A stretch of DNA of 63,336 bases, filler included. It is 16 parts of 16 records of this genome, joined end to end, with 100 filler letters (N's around TTAATTAATTAA, not from the genome) between each part and the next. Parts side by side here need not be neighbours in the genome. Positions count along the whole stretch, not along the records: positions 1 to 6,095 come from SRR16133337_49102; positions 6,196 to 10,221 come from SRR16133337_49412; positions 10,322 to 12,696 come from SRR16133337_49598; 13 more parts are not named here. One strand, given 5' to 3'. The position numbers were made by a program, and so were the translations under genes. The notes under the pieces are model-generated. The model worked only from the letters and a program-made list of their open reading frames with translations. It did no database searches and was not told the DNA's origin. Below are positions 1-10,323 of this stretch, in pieces. Within the stretch, counting starts at the first letter, position 1. The number at the start of each line of letters is the position of its first letter.

Positions 1-38
1 AGACAACAAGACTGCATGACAACCCGACTGATTTTGGT

Positions 39-1502
39 TTAGAGATCCACCAAATCTCCAGTAGCGTTTTTAGTAGGTAAATCAGATTTACCCATCAAAT
101 AGATGTCTACTTGACGTGCGGCCTCACGCCCTTCGGAAATAGCCCATACAATTAAAGATTGTCCCCTACGCATATCCCCTGCAGTAAAGATATTAGGGAT
201 ATTTGTTTGGTAACACCCATATTTGGCTTTGTAGTTAGAACGGACATCTCTTTCCAATCCTAATTGATCTGCGATTGTACTTTCAGGACCTGTAAATCCT
301 AAAGCGAGTAACACAAGATCACAGGGATATATTTTTTCAGTTCCTTCAATTTCTATCAATTGAGGGCGTTGTCCAGGAACCATTTTCCATGCTACATTTA
401 TTGTTTTTAAAGCGGTTAATTTGCCATTGGCATCTTTTATAAATTCTTTGGTATTGATCAGCCAGTTTCTATTACATCCTTCTTTGTGAGAAGAAGATGT
501 TTTCAATTGTAAAGGCCAATAAGGCCAAGGGGTGGAAGGAGAACGATGTTTTGGAGGTTTCGGCATAATTTCAAAATTTGTTATCGATTTTGCCCCCTGT
601 CGGTTTGAAGTGCCAACACAATCAGAACCTGTATCACCCCCTCCAATAACAATCACATTTTTGTCTGTAGCTAAAACTTGATCTTTTATTTCTTGACCGC
701 CTATAACTTTTGTTTGCTGTGTTAAAAAATCCATTGCTTGTACAACACCATCAGCATCGATGCCTGGAGTGGGCAAACTTCTTTTTTCAGTGGCACCACC
801 ACACAATACAACAGCATCAAATACTTTTAATTCTTTTACCTCATAGTTTACGCCTACATTGACATTTACTTTAAAAGTGATTCCTTCTGCTTCTAAAATG
901 GCCACACGACGGTCTATGATTGCTTTCTCCATTTTAAAGTTAGGGATTCCGTAGCGTAACAATCCACCGATGGCATCCTCTCTTTCAAAAACGGTAACGG
1001 TATGACCTGCTCTGTTCAATTGTTGAGCGGCAGCCAACCCTGCAGGTCCAGAACCTACAACAGCTATTGTTTTACCCGTTCTTGTATTTGGAAGCTGTGG
1101 TTTGATCCATCCTTCTTTAAAAGCACGTTCTACAATAATTTTTTCAATATTCTCAATAGCAATTGGATCGTCAATAATCCCTAATACACAGGATTTTTCA
1201 CAGGGAGCTGGACATAAACGTCCTGTAAACTCAGGGAAATTGTTTGTAGAATGTAAAATCCAAGAAGCTTTTTTCCATTCTCCTTGGTGTACCATATGGT
1301 TAAAATCTGGAATTAAATTTCCAAGTGGACATCCACTATGGCAAAATGGAATTCCACAATCCATACAACGCGATGCTTGTTCTTTAATTTCAGTTTCCTT
1401 TAAGGGTACTGTAAATTCATTATAGTGTCTTACACGTTCTTTTACAGCGGTGTATACTTCCTCTTTTCTGTCAAATTCTTTAAAACCTGTTACTTTTCCC
1501 AT
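39..1502 (-). CDS. gltD: glutamate synthase small (beta) subunit
   Basis: MGKVTGFKEF start, CMDCGIPFCHSGCP Fe-S motif, GSGPAGL and GGGDTG dinucleotide folds, C-terminal GDMRRGQSLIVWAI; directly downstream of gltB. Confidence 0.97.
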   Translation of the reverse strand: MGKVTGFKEFDRKEEVYTAVKERVRHYNEFTVPLKETEIKEQASRCMDCGIPFCHSGCPLGNLIPDFNHMVHQGEWKKASWILHSTNNFPEFTGRLCPAPCEKSCVLGIIDDPIAIENIEKIIVERAFKEGWIKPQLPNTRTGKTIAVVGSGPAGLAAAQQLNRAGHTVTVFEREDAIGGLLRYGIPNFKMEKAIIDRRVAILEAEGITFKVNVNVGVNYEVKELKVFDAVVLCGGATEKRSLPTPGIDADGVVQAMDFLTQQTKVIGGQEIKDQVLATDKNVIVIGGGDTGSDCVGTSNRQGAKSITNFEIMPKPPKHRSPSTPWPYWPLQLKTSSSHKEGCNRNWLINTKEFIKDANGKLTALKTINVAWKMVPGQRPQLIEIEGTEKIYPCDLVLLALGFTGPESTIADQLGLERDVRSNYKAKYGCYQTNIPNIFTAGDMRRGQSLIVWAISEGREAARQVDIYLMGKSDLPTKNATGDLVDL

Positions 1503-1506
1503 CGTA

Positions 1507-4500
1507 CTATACGGTTAATTCTTCTACTATTTGCTCTTCTGTCTCCAAACGTTTTAAAGCACGTTTATACTCAATAGGCATCACTTTTACAAAGTTGCTC
1601 AAACTCGTATCCCAATCGCTTAATAATTCAGTACCTCTATTACTATTCGTATAAAGTACATGTTTCTCAATTAATTCTTTTAAACCAGCGGTTTCTTCTG
1701 CTTCCATAGGTTCAAATTCGATCGATTCTGTATTGCACAATCCGTTGGTGAATTTGTCTTCTGGATCGTAGATATAAGCAATACCACCACTCATACCTGC
1801 GGCAAAGTTTCTTCCTGTATTCCCCAAAACAATAACTTTACCTCCCGTCATGTATTCACAACAATGATCTCCAACCCCTTCAACAACTGTTGTCACTCCA
1901 GAGTTACGAACAGCAAAACGTTCTCCTGCAATCCCATTTATATAGACTTCACCTGCTACAGCCCCAAACAAACAAACGTTTCCAACAATAATATTGTCTT
2001 CTGCTATAAAAGTTGCTTTGGCGGGTTTCTTTACAATTAGCTTTGCTCCAGACAATCCTTTTCCTAAATAATCATTGGTATTTCCTGCCACTGTAAATGT
2101 CAGTCCATGTGTTCCAAAAGCTCCGAAACTTTGCCCCGCAGACCCCGTAAATTTAATATTTAGTGTGTCTTCTGGCAATCCAGAGTGACCATATATTTTA
2201 GAAATTTCATTACTTACAATGGCCCCAACAGAACGATCTGTATTGTGAATAGGATATTCTAATGTCATTTGCTCTTTTCTCTGCAAAGCAGGGGGTGCAT
2301 CTTTTAAAATTTGGAAATCGATCACATTCTCTAAACCGTGCTCTTGTTTTTCAGTATTCTTAACAGGCATATTACTGTATTGAGCAGGTCTGTGTAAAAT
2401 TGCTGATAAATCCAATCCTTTTGCTTTGTAATGTGTAATCGTCTTGTTCGCATTTATTTTATGTGTTTGACCCACCATTTCACCCAAAGTTCTAAATCCT
2501 AGTTCTGCCATAATAGCTCTCAATTCTTCTGCAATATAGAAGAAGAAATTAATGACATGTTCTGGGGTTCCTTTAAAGTTCTTACGTAATGTTTTGTCTT
2601 GTGTTGCGATTCCAACAGGACAGGTATTTAAATGGCATTTACGCATCATAATACAACCCGAAGCTACTAAGGGAGCTGTTGCGAAACCAAATTCCTCAGC
2701 ACCTAATAAAGCGGCGATGGCCACATCACGACCTGTTTTTAACTGACCATCACATTCTACAACAATTCTACTTCTAAGATTATTTAAGACCAATGTTTGT
2801 TGGGCTTCCGCCAATCCCAGTTCCCAGGGAAGCCCCGCGTGTTTTAAGGAGGTTAAAGGAGAAGCTCCTGTACCTCCATCATAGCCAGAAATCAAAACTA
2901 CATCTGCTTTTGCTTTTGAAACTCCGGCAGCAATGGTACCTACACCGACTTCTGAAACTAATTTCACATTGATACGAGCTTCTCTATTGGCATTTTTCAA
3001 GTCATAAATCAATTGTGCTAAATCTTCAATGGAATAAATATCGTGATGTGGAGGTGGTGAAATTAATCCTACAAAAGGAGTAGAATTACGTGCCGATGCA
3101 ATCCAAGGCAATACTTTTTCACCTGGTAATTGTCCCCCTTCCCCAGGTTTTGCACCCTGAGCCATTTTAATTTGAATTTCTTTGGCGTTGGACAAATAGT
3201 GTGAGGTGACTCCAAAACGCCCAGAGGCCACTTGTTTGATGGCAGAGTTTCTACTGTCACCGTTGATATCTGGTTGAAAACGTTTTCTGTCTTCTCCTCC
3301 TTCACCAGAATTGGATTTACCTCCGATACGGTTCATGGCAATGGCTAAGTTTTCATGTGCTTCTCTTGAAATAGATCCGTAAGACATGGCACCTGTTTTA
3401 AAACGTTTTACAATTTCTGTCCAGGGTTCTACTTCCTCTAACGGAATGGGATCTAAATTATCGAACTCAAACAAACCACGAATCGTCATTAAGTTTGTAG
3501 ACTGTTCGTTCACCGTTTTTGCGTATCTATCATAACTGGCTTGATCGCTCAATCTAACGGCTTGTTGTAATTTTGCGACCGTTGTCGGATTAAACATATG
3601 TCTTTCTCCGTTACGTCTCCACCTATAGTCACCACCAATATTCAAGCCTAGTCTATTTTTGATCAGGGTATCAGGATAGGCATATTTATATCTTTCGTTG
3701 ATTTCTTTTTCAATTTCATACAAACCAATTCCTTCAATTCTTGAAGCGGTGTATGGGAAATATTTTTCGACAAACTTAGAATTGAATCCAACGATTTCAA
3801 AAATTTGAGAACCTCTGTATGAATGTAGTGTGGAGATTCCTATTTTATTCATCACTTTTAAGATTCCTTTTCCAATGGCTTTGTTAAAGTTGTCTACTGC
3901 TTTCTGTTCATCCATGCCTGTAATAAAACCTTCTTGAACCTGTATTCTGATAATTTCATTGACCATATAAGGATTGATCGCACTTGCACCGTACCCAAAT
4001 AAGGTTGCAAAATGATGCGGTTCACGTGGTTCCGCAGATTCGATAATGATATCGAAGGCAGAACGCTTCCGCAAACGGTTCATCTGATGATGTACATAGG
4101 AACAGGCTAATAAAGATGGAATCGGAGCAAACTGCTTGTTAACACCTCTATCGGATAAGATGATGATGTTGATTCCTCTTTCAATCGCTTTTGTTATTTG
4201 TAGGATGACCTTTTCCAAAGCATCTTCCAATCCGTTGAGTCCTCTTATTTTAGGATATAATATTTCAATGGTTTCTGCTTTAAAATTGTCTATCGAAATA
4301 TTTCTGATTTTTTCTAAATCCTTATTAGAGATCACTGGATTTTGAATTCTCAATTTTCGACATTGTTTTTTTGAAATGTCAAAGATATTTCTGTCTTGAC
4401 CTAATGCCAAGCTAATATCGGTTACAATTTCTTCACGGATACCATCTAAAGGTGGATTGGTAACTTGTGCAAATAGTTGTTTAAAGTAGTTTGAAATCAG

Positions 4501-6018
4501 CTGAGGCCTGTCAGACAATACTGCCAAAGGAGTATCGGTTCCCATAGCCCCTAATGCTTCTTTTCCAGTCTGTGCCATCGGGGTAATTACTTCTTGAATG
4601 TCTTCAATGGTATAGTTGAACAAGCGTTGTCTTGTTTTTACATCAATTGTTTCTATTTGGCAAACTTCTTCGTTATAAGGCACGTCTTTTAAGTGCAATC
4701 TATATTCTTTTAGCCATTTTTTATAAGGTCTTTCAGAAACGATTTTACTTTTGATTTCTTCATCCTTGACAATACGACCTTCGTTCATATCTACCAAAAA
4801 CATTTTTCCGGGTTCTAATCTGCCATGACTTTCAACATCTTCAGCGGCAATTTCTACAACGCCAATTTCAGAGGCCATAATTAGTTTTCCACTTTTGGTA
4901 ACGGTATATCGAGAGGGTCTTAAACCATTACGATCTAATAAAGCACCTATATAATCTCCATCTGTAAAGGGAATAGAAGCAGGTCCGTCCCAAGGTTCCA
5001 TAATACAGGCATTGTATTCGTAGAAGGCTTTTCTTTCTTCAGATAGGGTGGCGTGTTTTTCCCATGCTTCTGGAATCATCATCATCATCACTTCTGGTAA
5101 AGATCTTCCTGTATGCAGTAACAATTCGACAACCATATCCATAGAAGCCGAATCTGATTTCTCTGGTAAAATGATGGGAAATAGTTTGTCTATTTGCGAT
5201 CCAAAAATAGCACTTTTCATGATTTCTTCTCGAACACGCATTCTACTGACATTACCCCGTAAGGTGTTGATTTCTCCATTTTGACAGATATATCTAAAGG
5301 GTTGTGCCAATTCCCATGCAGGCATTGTATTCGTGGAGAAACGCTGGTGTACCAATGCCAAACGGGTTACCAAGTCTGTTTGTTGTAAATCTGTATAGTA
5401 AGAACCAATAGCTTCAGGCATTATTATGCCTTTATAAATCAACGTTGTAATTGACAGACTGGATACATAAAAATAGGCGTTTTCCGACATTTTGGAAGCC
5501 GCAATCGTGTGTTCCGTAATCTTACGAGCCATGTATAATTTGGCTTTAAAAAGAGTCTCGTCGATAGTTGCTGTCTTACCAATAAAAACTTGTTCTATGT
5601 TGGGTTCAGAAGCCAAAGCGATTTCTCCTAATTGAAAAGAATCTACAGGAACTTCTCTCCATCCTAAAATAGACAATCCTTGTGTTCTAATTTCTTTTTC
5701 GAAAGTTTTTTTACAATATTGGTATTGGTTCGTATGTTTTGGTAAAAATACCATTCCCACAGCATATTCTCTTTGTGTAGGAATCTCAAAATCGCAGACT
5801 CTGGTGAAATATTCATGAGGAATATCAATCAAAAGACCTGCTCCATCGCCTGTTTTTCCATCAGAACTTACCCCTCCACGGTGTTCTAGTTTTATAAGGA
5901 TTTCTAAAGCGTCGTGAATGATTTGATTCGTTTTTTCTCCCTTAAGGTTACAAATAAACCCTGCACCACAGTTTTCGTGTTCAAATTCGGGTATATATAG
6001 TCCTTGTTTTGCTATCAT
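1507..6018 (-). CDS. gltB: glutamate synthase large (alpha) subunit
   Basis: N-terminal EHENCGAGF (Ntn Cys), [45 protein letters not shown] 3Fe-4S motif, C-terminal GXGXG domain; 1503 aa. Confidence 0.98.
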   Translation of the reverse strand: MIAKQGLYIPEFEHENCGAGFICNLKGEKTNQIIHDALEILIKLEHRGGVSSDGKTGDGAGLLIDIPHEYFTRVCDFEIPTQREYAVGMVFLPKHTNQYQYCKKTFEKEIRTQGLSILGWREVPVDSFQLGEIALASEPNIEQVFIGKTATIDETLFKAKLYMARKITEHTIAASKMSENAYFYVSSLSITTLIYKGIIMPEAIGSYYTDLQQTDLVTRLALVHQRFSTNTMPAWELAQPFRYICQNGEINTLRGNVSRMRVREEIMKSAIFGSQIDKLFPIILPEKSDSASMDMVVELLLHTGRSLPEVMMMMIPEAWEKHATLSEERKAFYEYNACIMEPWDGPASIPFTDGDYIGALLDRNGLRPSRYTVTKSGKLIMASEIGVVEIAAEDVESHGRLEPGKMFLVDMNEGRIVKDEEIKSKIVSERPYKKWLKEYRLHLKDVPYNEEVCQIETIDVKTRQRLFNYTIEDIQEVITPMAQTGKEALGAMGTDTPLAVLSDRPQLISNYFKQLFAQVTNPPLDGIREEIVTDISLALGQDRNIFDISKKQCRKLRIQNPVISNKDLEKIRNISIDNFKAETIEILYPKIRGLNGLEDALEKVILQITKAIERGINIIILSDRGVNKQFAPIPSLLACSYVHHQMNRLRKRSAFDIIIESAEPREPHHFATLFGYGASAINPYMVNEIIRIQVQEGFITGMDEQKAVDNFNKAIGKGILKVMNKIGISTLHSYRGSQIFEIVGFNSKFVEKYFPYTASRIEGIGLYEIEKEINERYKYAYPDTLIKNRLGLNIGGDYRWRRNGERHMFNPTTVAKLQQAVRLSDQASYDRYAKTVNEQSTNLMTIRGLFEFDNLDPIPLEEVEPWTEIVKRFKTGAMSYGSISREAHENLAIAMNRIGGKSNSGEGGEDRKRFQPDINGDSRNSAIKQVASGRFGVTSHYLSNAKEIQIKMAQGAKPGEGGQLPGEKVLPWIASARNSTPFVGLISPPPHHDIYSIEDLAQLIYDLKNANREARINVKLVSEVGVGTIAAGVSKAKADVVLISGYDGGTGASPLTSLKHAGLPWELGLAEAQQTLVLNNLRSRIVVECDGQLKTGRDVAIAALLGAEEFGFATAPLVASGCIMMRKCHLNTCPVGIATQDKTLRKNFKGTPEHVINFFFYIAEELRAIMAELGFRTLGEMVGQTHKINANKTITHYKAKGLDLSAILHRPAQYSNMPVKNTEKQEHGLENVIDFQILKDAPPALQRKEQMTLEYPIHNTDRSVGAIVSNEISKIYGHSGLPEDTLNIKFTGSAGQSFGAFGTHGLTFTVAGNTNDYLGKGLSGAKLIVKKPAKATFIAEDNIIVGNVCLFGAVAGEVYINGIAGERFAVRNSGVTTVVEGVGDHCCEYMTGGKVIVLGNTGRNFAAGMSGGIAYIYDPEDKFTNGLCNTESIEFEPMEAEETAGLKELIEKHVLYTNSNRGTELLSDWDTSLSNFVKVMPIEYKRALKRLETEEQIVEELTV

Positions 6019-6037
6019 AAACTTGAAAATAAGGACA

Positions 6038-6045
6038 CAAAATTA
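6038..6045 (-). promoter_or_regulatory. Bacteroidota -7 promoter element (TAnnTTTG) for gltBD
   Basis: TAATTTTG on the minus strand about 20 bp upstream of the gltB ATG. Confidence 0.55.
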
Positions 6046-6095
6046 CGTAAAATCAAGGAGATAAACCAATAGATTGCCAATGGAAAAACTAAAAA

Positions 6096-6195
6096 NNNNN
6101 NNNNNNNNNNNNNNNNNNNNNNNNNNNNNNNNNNNNNNNTTAATTAATTAANNNNNNNNNNNNNNNNNNNNNNNNNNNNNNNNNNNNNNNNNNNN
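6096..6195. other. artificial contig-joining linker N44-TTAATTAATTAA-N44 (first of 15)
   Basis: Identical 100-bp spacer with stops in all six frames, starting at 6096, 10222, 12697, 17912, 20674, 24522, 29402, 31687, 33808, 36820, 41785, 49116, 51854, 54003 and 56281. Confidence 0.99.
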
Positions 6196-6234
6196 AGGGG
6201 GATAAAAATTCAGGTTTCTAAGGGGACGGAGTAT
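6196..6234 (+). repeat. end of dispersed MITE-like repeat (GGGTTTCTAAnnGGGCGGAGTAT family)
   Basis: AGGGGGATAAAAATTCAGGTTTCTAAGGGGACGGAGTAT; similar copies at 41511-41540, 41885-41908, 41988-42007, 45608-45637, 45704-45725 and 49087-49115. Confidence 0.75.
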
Positions 6235-6287
6235 ATTAGACCGTTGGGAAACATGCGAAAAAACCGAGAACAAATAAAAAATATTGA

Positions 6288-7313
6288 ATGGAAAAAGAAA
6301 CATTATTTAAGCAATTACAAACTTGGACAAATAAAATTCCACTCATAATTCTTGGTAGTGGAGCTTCAGTTCCTTTTAGACTTCCTTCAATGTGGACTTT
6401 AGGCGAACACATAAAGAATTCTATTTCTTTTACCGATTCTGATGACCAAAATCAATTCAAAGAATTTATAGATAAATTTGACAAAACTAGAGATTTAGAA
6501 TCAACTCTTACCAAACTTCAACTAAGCCCAAATGTACTTGGTGAAATTGTAAATAAAACTTGGGAATTAGTCAGTAAAGCAGATTTAGACGCTTACGAAC
6601 ATTTTATTAAAAAAGATGTTGATTTTCCTTTAGCAAACCTTCTAAAACATTTTTTAGATACAGCAGGCAAAAAAGTTTCAATAATTACAACCAACTATGA
6701 TAGGTTAGCTGAATATGCTTCAAGTATTGCTAAAGCTATTATTTGCAATGGTTATTCTCAAAATCTTATAGGTCATTTTTCTAATAACATACGATTAAAC
6801 AACTTAGCTTCTTTAAAAGGCTATAAAGGACAAGTAAATATTTGGAAAGTTCACGGTTCTTTAGATTGGTTTAAATCAAAAGAAGATGAAAATATTCAAT
6901 TACCAAATAGACAAAACATTCCAGAAGATTATAGCCCATTGATTGTTACTCCTGGATTAAGTAAATATTCAGAAACACATAACGAACCATATAGAACCAT
7001 TTTCACACAAGCGGATTCTGAAATCGAACACGCAAATGGATTTTTGTGCATTGGTTATGGATTTAATGACATTCATGTACAACCCAAGCTAATTACACAA
7101 ATTAAAAATCAAAAACCAATTATTGTAATAACTAAAGTACTTACTCCAAAAACGAAGCAATCAATTATTGATAATAATTGTCAGAATTATATGCTTATAG
7201 AAGAAGCTAATTCAAAAGACACAAGAATTTTTTCCTCAAAATTTGGAGAAGACATAATTAAAGACGTTAGTTATTGGGAATTAGGAGAATACTTAAAAAT
7301 AATAATTTCATAA
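6288..7313 (+). CDS. SIR2-like (SIR2_2) domain protein, putative NADase effector of a Sir2-HerA anti-phage system
   Basis: IILGSGAS, IITTNYD, WKVHGSLDW and LCIGYGFNDIHV sirtuin-fold motifs; 9 bp upstream of a HerA-family ATPase. Confidence 0.88.
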   Translation: MEKETLFKQLQTWTNKIPLIILGSGASVPFRLPSMWTLGEHIKNSISFTDSDDQNQFKEFIDKFDKTRDLESTLTKLQLSPNVLGEIVNKTWELVSKADLDAYEHFIKKDVDFPLANLLKHFLDTAGKKVSIITTNYDRLAEYASSIAKAIICNGYSQNLIGHFSNNIRLNNLASLKGYKGQVNIWKVHGSLDWFKSKEDENIQLPNRQNIPEDYSPLIVTPGLSKYSETHNEPYRTIFTQADSEIEHANGFLCIGYGFNDIHVQPKLITQIKNQKPIIVITKVLTPKTKQSIIDNNCQNYMLIEEANSKDTRIFSSKFGEDIIKDVSYWELGEYLKIIIS

Positions 7314-7322
7314 AACAACACT

Positions 7323-9068
7323 ATGGCAATATTTACATTTGTAGAATCTGCAACAATCGGTACTGTTTTTAGTGTTGATACGGCAACAATTATTGTAAAA
7401 GTTGATGAATTGGACAAACTTCGTAAACTTCAAGTAAATCATTTAATTGCTGTAAAAAGTTCAAAAGCAGGTCAACATTTAATTGGAATAATAAATAGAA
7501 TTACAAGAAAAGTTTCAGACGAAGAAAATTCTGTTACCGAAAATTTAGGAATGTCGAATTTCTTACTCACAGAGAACATTTTAAAAGTAAACTTAATTGG
7601 TACTTTAATTGACAAACACGGAGAAAAGGAAAATGTATTTAAACGTACTTTAGATACAGTACCAGAGATTGAAGCAAAATGTTTCCCTATAGATGGAGAA
7701 AACATTACTAAATTTATGCGTACAATATCTTCACAAGAAAACTATGACGTCCCACTTTCATTAGGAAAGTACTCAATTGATGAAAATGCAGAAGCATTTT
7801 TAGATGGAGATAAACTTTTTCAAAGACACGCAGTAATTGTAGGCAGTACAGGTTCGGGTAAATCATGGTGTGTTGCCAAATTAGTTGAACAGATAGCAAA
7901 ACTACCAATGGCTAATTCACTTCTATTTGATATACACGGAGAATATAGCGGAGAAGGTTTTAAAGCTGACGGAATTCAACATTTGAAAATTGCAAATCCA
8001 TCAGATTTAGGTAAAAAAGGAAATCTTGAAAACAATGTTCTAATGCTTCCTTACTGGCTTCTGACTTATGAAGAAATGTTAGCAATGCTATTAGATAGAA
8101 GTGACAGTAACGCTCCTAATCAAGCAATGATTTTTTCCAAAACAGTTTTTAAAGAAAAAGTTAAATTTTTAGAAAGTATAGGAGATACTACCTTTAAAGA
8201 TAGTATCACAATTGACAGTCCTATTCCATATAGAATGAAAAATGTCCTAAAAGTCATTAAAGAATTGGATGGTGAAATGATAGAGGGTTCAACTAGTAAA
8301 GGAAAACAAGGACCCTTCTTTGGAAAACTAACTCGTTTTATTCAAAGATTAGAAGCTAAAAGTGAAGACAAAAGACTTGGTTTTATGTTTCAAGTAACAG
8401 ATGATGAACTTGAAATTGATTGGATGAATAAATTATGTAATTCATTAATGCAAGGTTCCAGTAATAATGACAAAAAAGCTGGTGTAAAGGTTATTGACTT
8501 TTCTGAGGTTCCATCTGATGTTCTGCCATTAGTCATTGGATTAGTTGCAAGAATCGTTTTCACAGTTCAACAATGGACTGCAAACGATAAAAGACACCCA
8601 ATTTGTTTATTATGTGATGAAGCTCATTTATATATCCCAGAAAGAACAATCCAAGATTCTGCTTCTGAATTAGGGCTAAAGAATTTTGAAAGAATTGCGA
8701 AAGAAGGCAGAAAATATGGAGTTAGCTTAACTGTTATAAGCCAACGACCAGCAGAAGTAAACAGAACAGTTCTTAGTCAATGTAACAATTTTATTTCATT
8801 AAGATTATCAAATGCAGAAGACCAAGCTGTAATCAAAAGATTGCTTCCTGATAATCTTTCAGGTTTAACTGATGTACTTCCAATACTTGATATTGGAGAA
8901 GCATTAATAGTTGGTGATTCTTCTCTTTTACCTACGAGAGTAATTATAGATGAACCGACAATTAAACCACAAAGTGCAACAATAAAATTTTGGGAGGAAT
9001 GGAGTAATGAAAAGGCTGAACAAGATATATCAAATGCCGTAATTGGATTAAGAAAGCAATCGAAATAA
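7323..9068 (+). CDS. herA: HerA/FtsK-family (DUF87) ATPase/DNA translocase, Sir2-HerA defence partner
   Basis: N-terminal HAS-barrel-like region, Walker A GSTGSGKS, DIHGEY, Walker B LLCDEAH, arginine-finger KEGRKYG, SQRP motif. Confidence 0.9.
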   Translation: MAIFTFVESATIGTVFSVDTATIIVKVDELDKLRKLQVNHLIAVKSSKAGQHLIGIINRITRKVSDEENSVTENLGMSNFLLTENILKVNLIGTLIDKHGEKENVFKRTLDTVPEIEAKCFPIDGENITKFMRTISSQENYDVPLSLGKYSIDENAEAFLDGDKLFQRHAVIVGSTGSGKSWCVAKLVEQIAKLPMANSLLFDIHGEYSGEGFKADGIQHLKIANPSDLGKKGNLENNVLMLPYWLLTYEEMLAMLLDRSDSNAPNQAMIFSKTVFKEKVKFLESIGDTTFKDSITIDSPIPYRMKNVLKVIKELDGEMIEGSTSKGKQGPFFGKLTRFIQRLEAKSEDKRLGFMFQVTDDELEIDWMNKLCNSLMQGSSNNDKKAGVKVIDFSEVPSDVLPLVIGLVARIVFTVQQWTANDKRHPICLLCDEAHLYIPERTIQDSASELGLKNFERIAKEGRKYGVSLTVISQRPAEVNRTVLSQCNNFISLRLSNAEDQAVIKRLLPDNLSGLTDVLPILDIGEALIVGDSSLLPTRVIIDEPTIKPQSATIKFWEEWSNEKAEQDISNAVIGLRKQSK

Positions 9069-9111
9069 AGCAAGAAAGCACAAAACACTTTTTAGGCGAT
9101 TACGTTGAGCA

Positions 9112-10170
9112 ATGACAAATAAACCTTCAAATACAAGATTCTATTCCCAAATTGTAAATTTATTACAATCTGCAAGGAACAAGGTGGTTCGTACTGTTAA
9201 TCAAACAATGGTATTAACCTATTTTGAAATAGGTCAAATGTTGGTTGAGGAAGAACAAGGCGGTAAAAAACGAGCTGATTATGGGAAACATCTTTTAAAA
9301 GAACTATCAAAAGTGCTAACAAAAGAGTTTGGTAAAGGATTTTCGGTTGACAATCTCGAAAATATGAGGCGTTTTTACTTGGCTTATGGAAAATCCGAAA
9401 CACTGTCTCGGATTTCTTCAAATGCAATTTCCGAAACAACGTCTAGGAAATTAAAACAAGATGAATTTATTTTAAGTTGGTCGCATTATTTAAAGCTAAT
9501 GCGAATAGATGATGAAAAGGAGCGTAAATTCTACGAAATAGAATCATACAAGAATAATTGGAGCGTAAGGGAATTACAACGTCAATATGATTCCGCTTTA
9601 TATACCAGATTGGTTTTGAGCAGGAATAAAGACAACGTAAAAGAACTTTCGGAGAAAGGACTTGTCCTTGAAAAACCGAAAGATGCCATTAAAGACCCAT
9701 ACATTTTGGAATTCATTGGACTTCCTGAACATTCTAATTATTCGGAAGGCCAATTAGAGCAAGAAATAATTGACAAACTTGAACATTTTTTGTTGGAGCT
9801 TGGCAACGGATTTACATTTGTTGCCAGACAAAAAAGGATTTCCTTTGACGACAAGCATTTTAGGATAGATTTAGTATTCTATAACCGAATACTAAAGTGT
9901 TTCGTTTTAATTGACCTAAAAATTGGAGAGCTAAAACATCAAGACCTTGGACAAATGCAGATGTATGTAAATTATTACGACCGAGAAATTCGATTGGAAG
10001 AGGAAAATAAAACAATCGGAATTATTCTCTGCCAAAATAAGAGTGAATCTGTTGTGGAATATACATTGCCTGAAAACAATGAACAGATTTTTGCTAGTAA
10101 ATATAAAACCGTTTTACCAAGCAAAGACGAACTGAAACTAATAATAGCTGAACGGAATAGCCAACGCTAA
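9112..10170 (+). CDS. yhcG: YhcG/DUF1016 family PD-(D/E)XK nuclease-domain protein
   Basis: LSWSHY, WSVRELQRQ, KDPYILEF, LLELGNGFTFVARQKR, IDLVFYNRILKCFVLIDLK and GQMQMYVNYYD motifs typical of DUF1016. Confidence 0.9.
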   Translation: MTNKPSNTRFYSQIVNLLQSARNKVVRTVNQTMVLTYFEIGQMLVEEEQGGKKRADYGKHLLKELSKVLTKEFGKGFSVDNLENMRRFYLAYGKSETLSRISSNAISETTSRKLKQDEFILSWSHYLKLMRIDDEKERKFYEIESYKNNWSVRELQRQYDSALYTRLVLSRNKDNVKELSEKGLVLEKPKDAIKDPYILEFIGLPEHSNYSEGQLEQEIIDKLEHFLLELGNGFTFVARQKRISFDDKHFRIDLVFYNRILKCFVLIDLKIGELKHQDLGQMQMYVNYYDREIRLEEENKTIGIILCQNKSESVVEYTLPENNEQIFASKYKTVLPSKDELKLIIAERNSQR

Positions 10171-10323
10171 AAACCATACACATTTGCAATTTGTCTTGTC
10201 CTAAAATAGGTTTACACCAAANNNNNNNNNNNNNNNNNNNNNNNNNNNNNNNNNNNNNNNNNNNNTTAATTAATTAANNNNNNNNNNNNNNNNNNNNNNN
10301 NNNNNNNNNNNNNNNNNNNNNAA

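Noticed and set aside
1002-5284. Short ORFs overlapping gltD and gltB (likewise those inside herA, porU, gyrB, mutS, sod and pol)
   Set aside because: Shadow or alternative-frame ORFs within well-supported genes
6140-6151. Recurring TTAATTAATTAA as a CRISPR repeat or biological motif
   Set aside because: Always centred in 44+44 Ns; it is a six-frame stop linker added during contig concatenation
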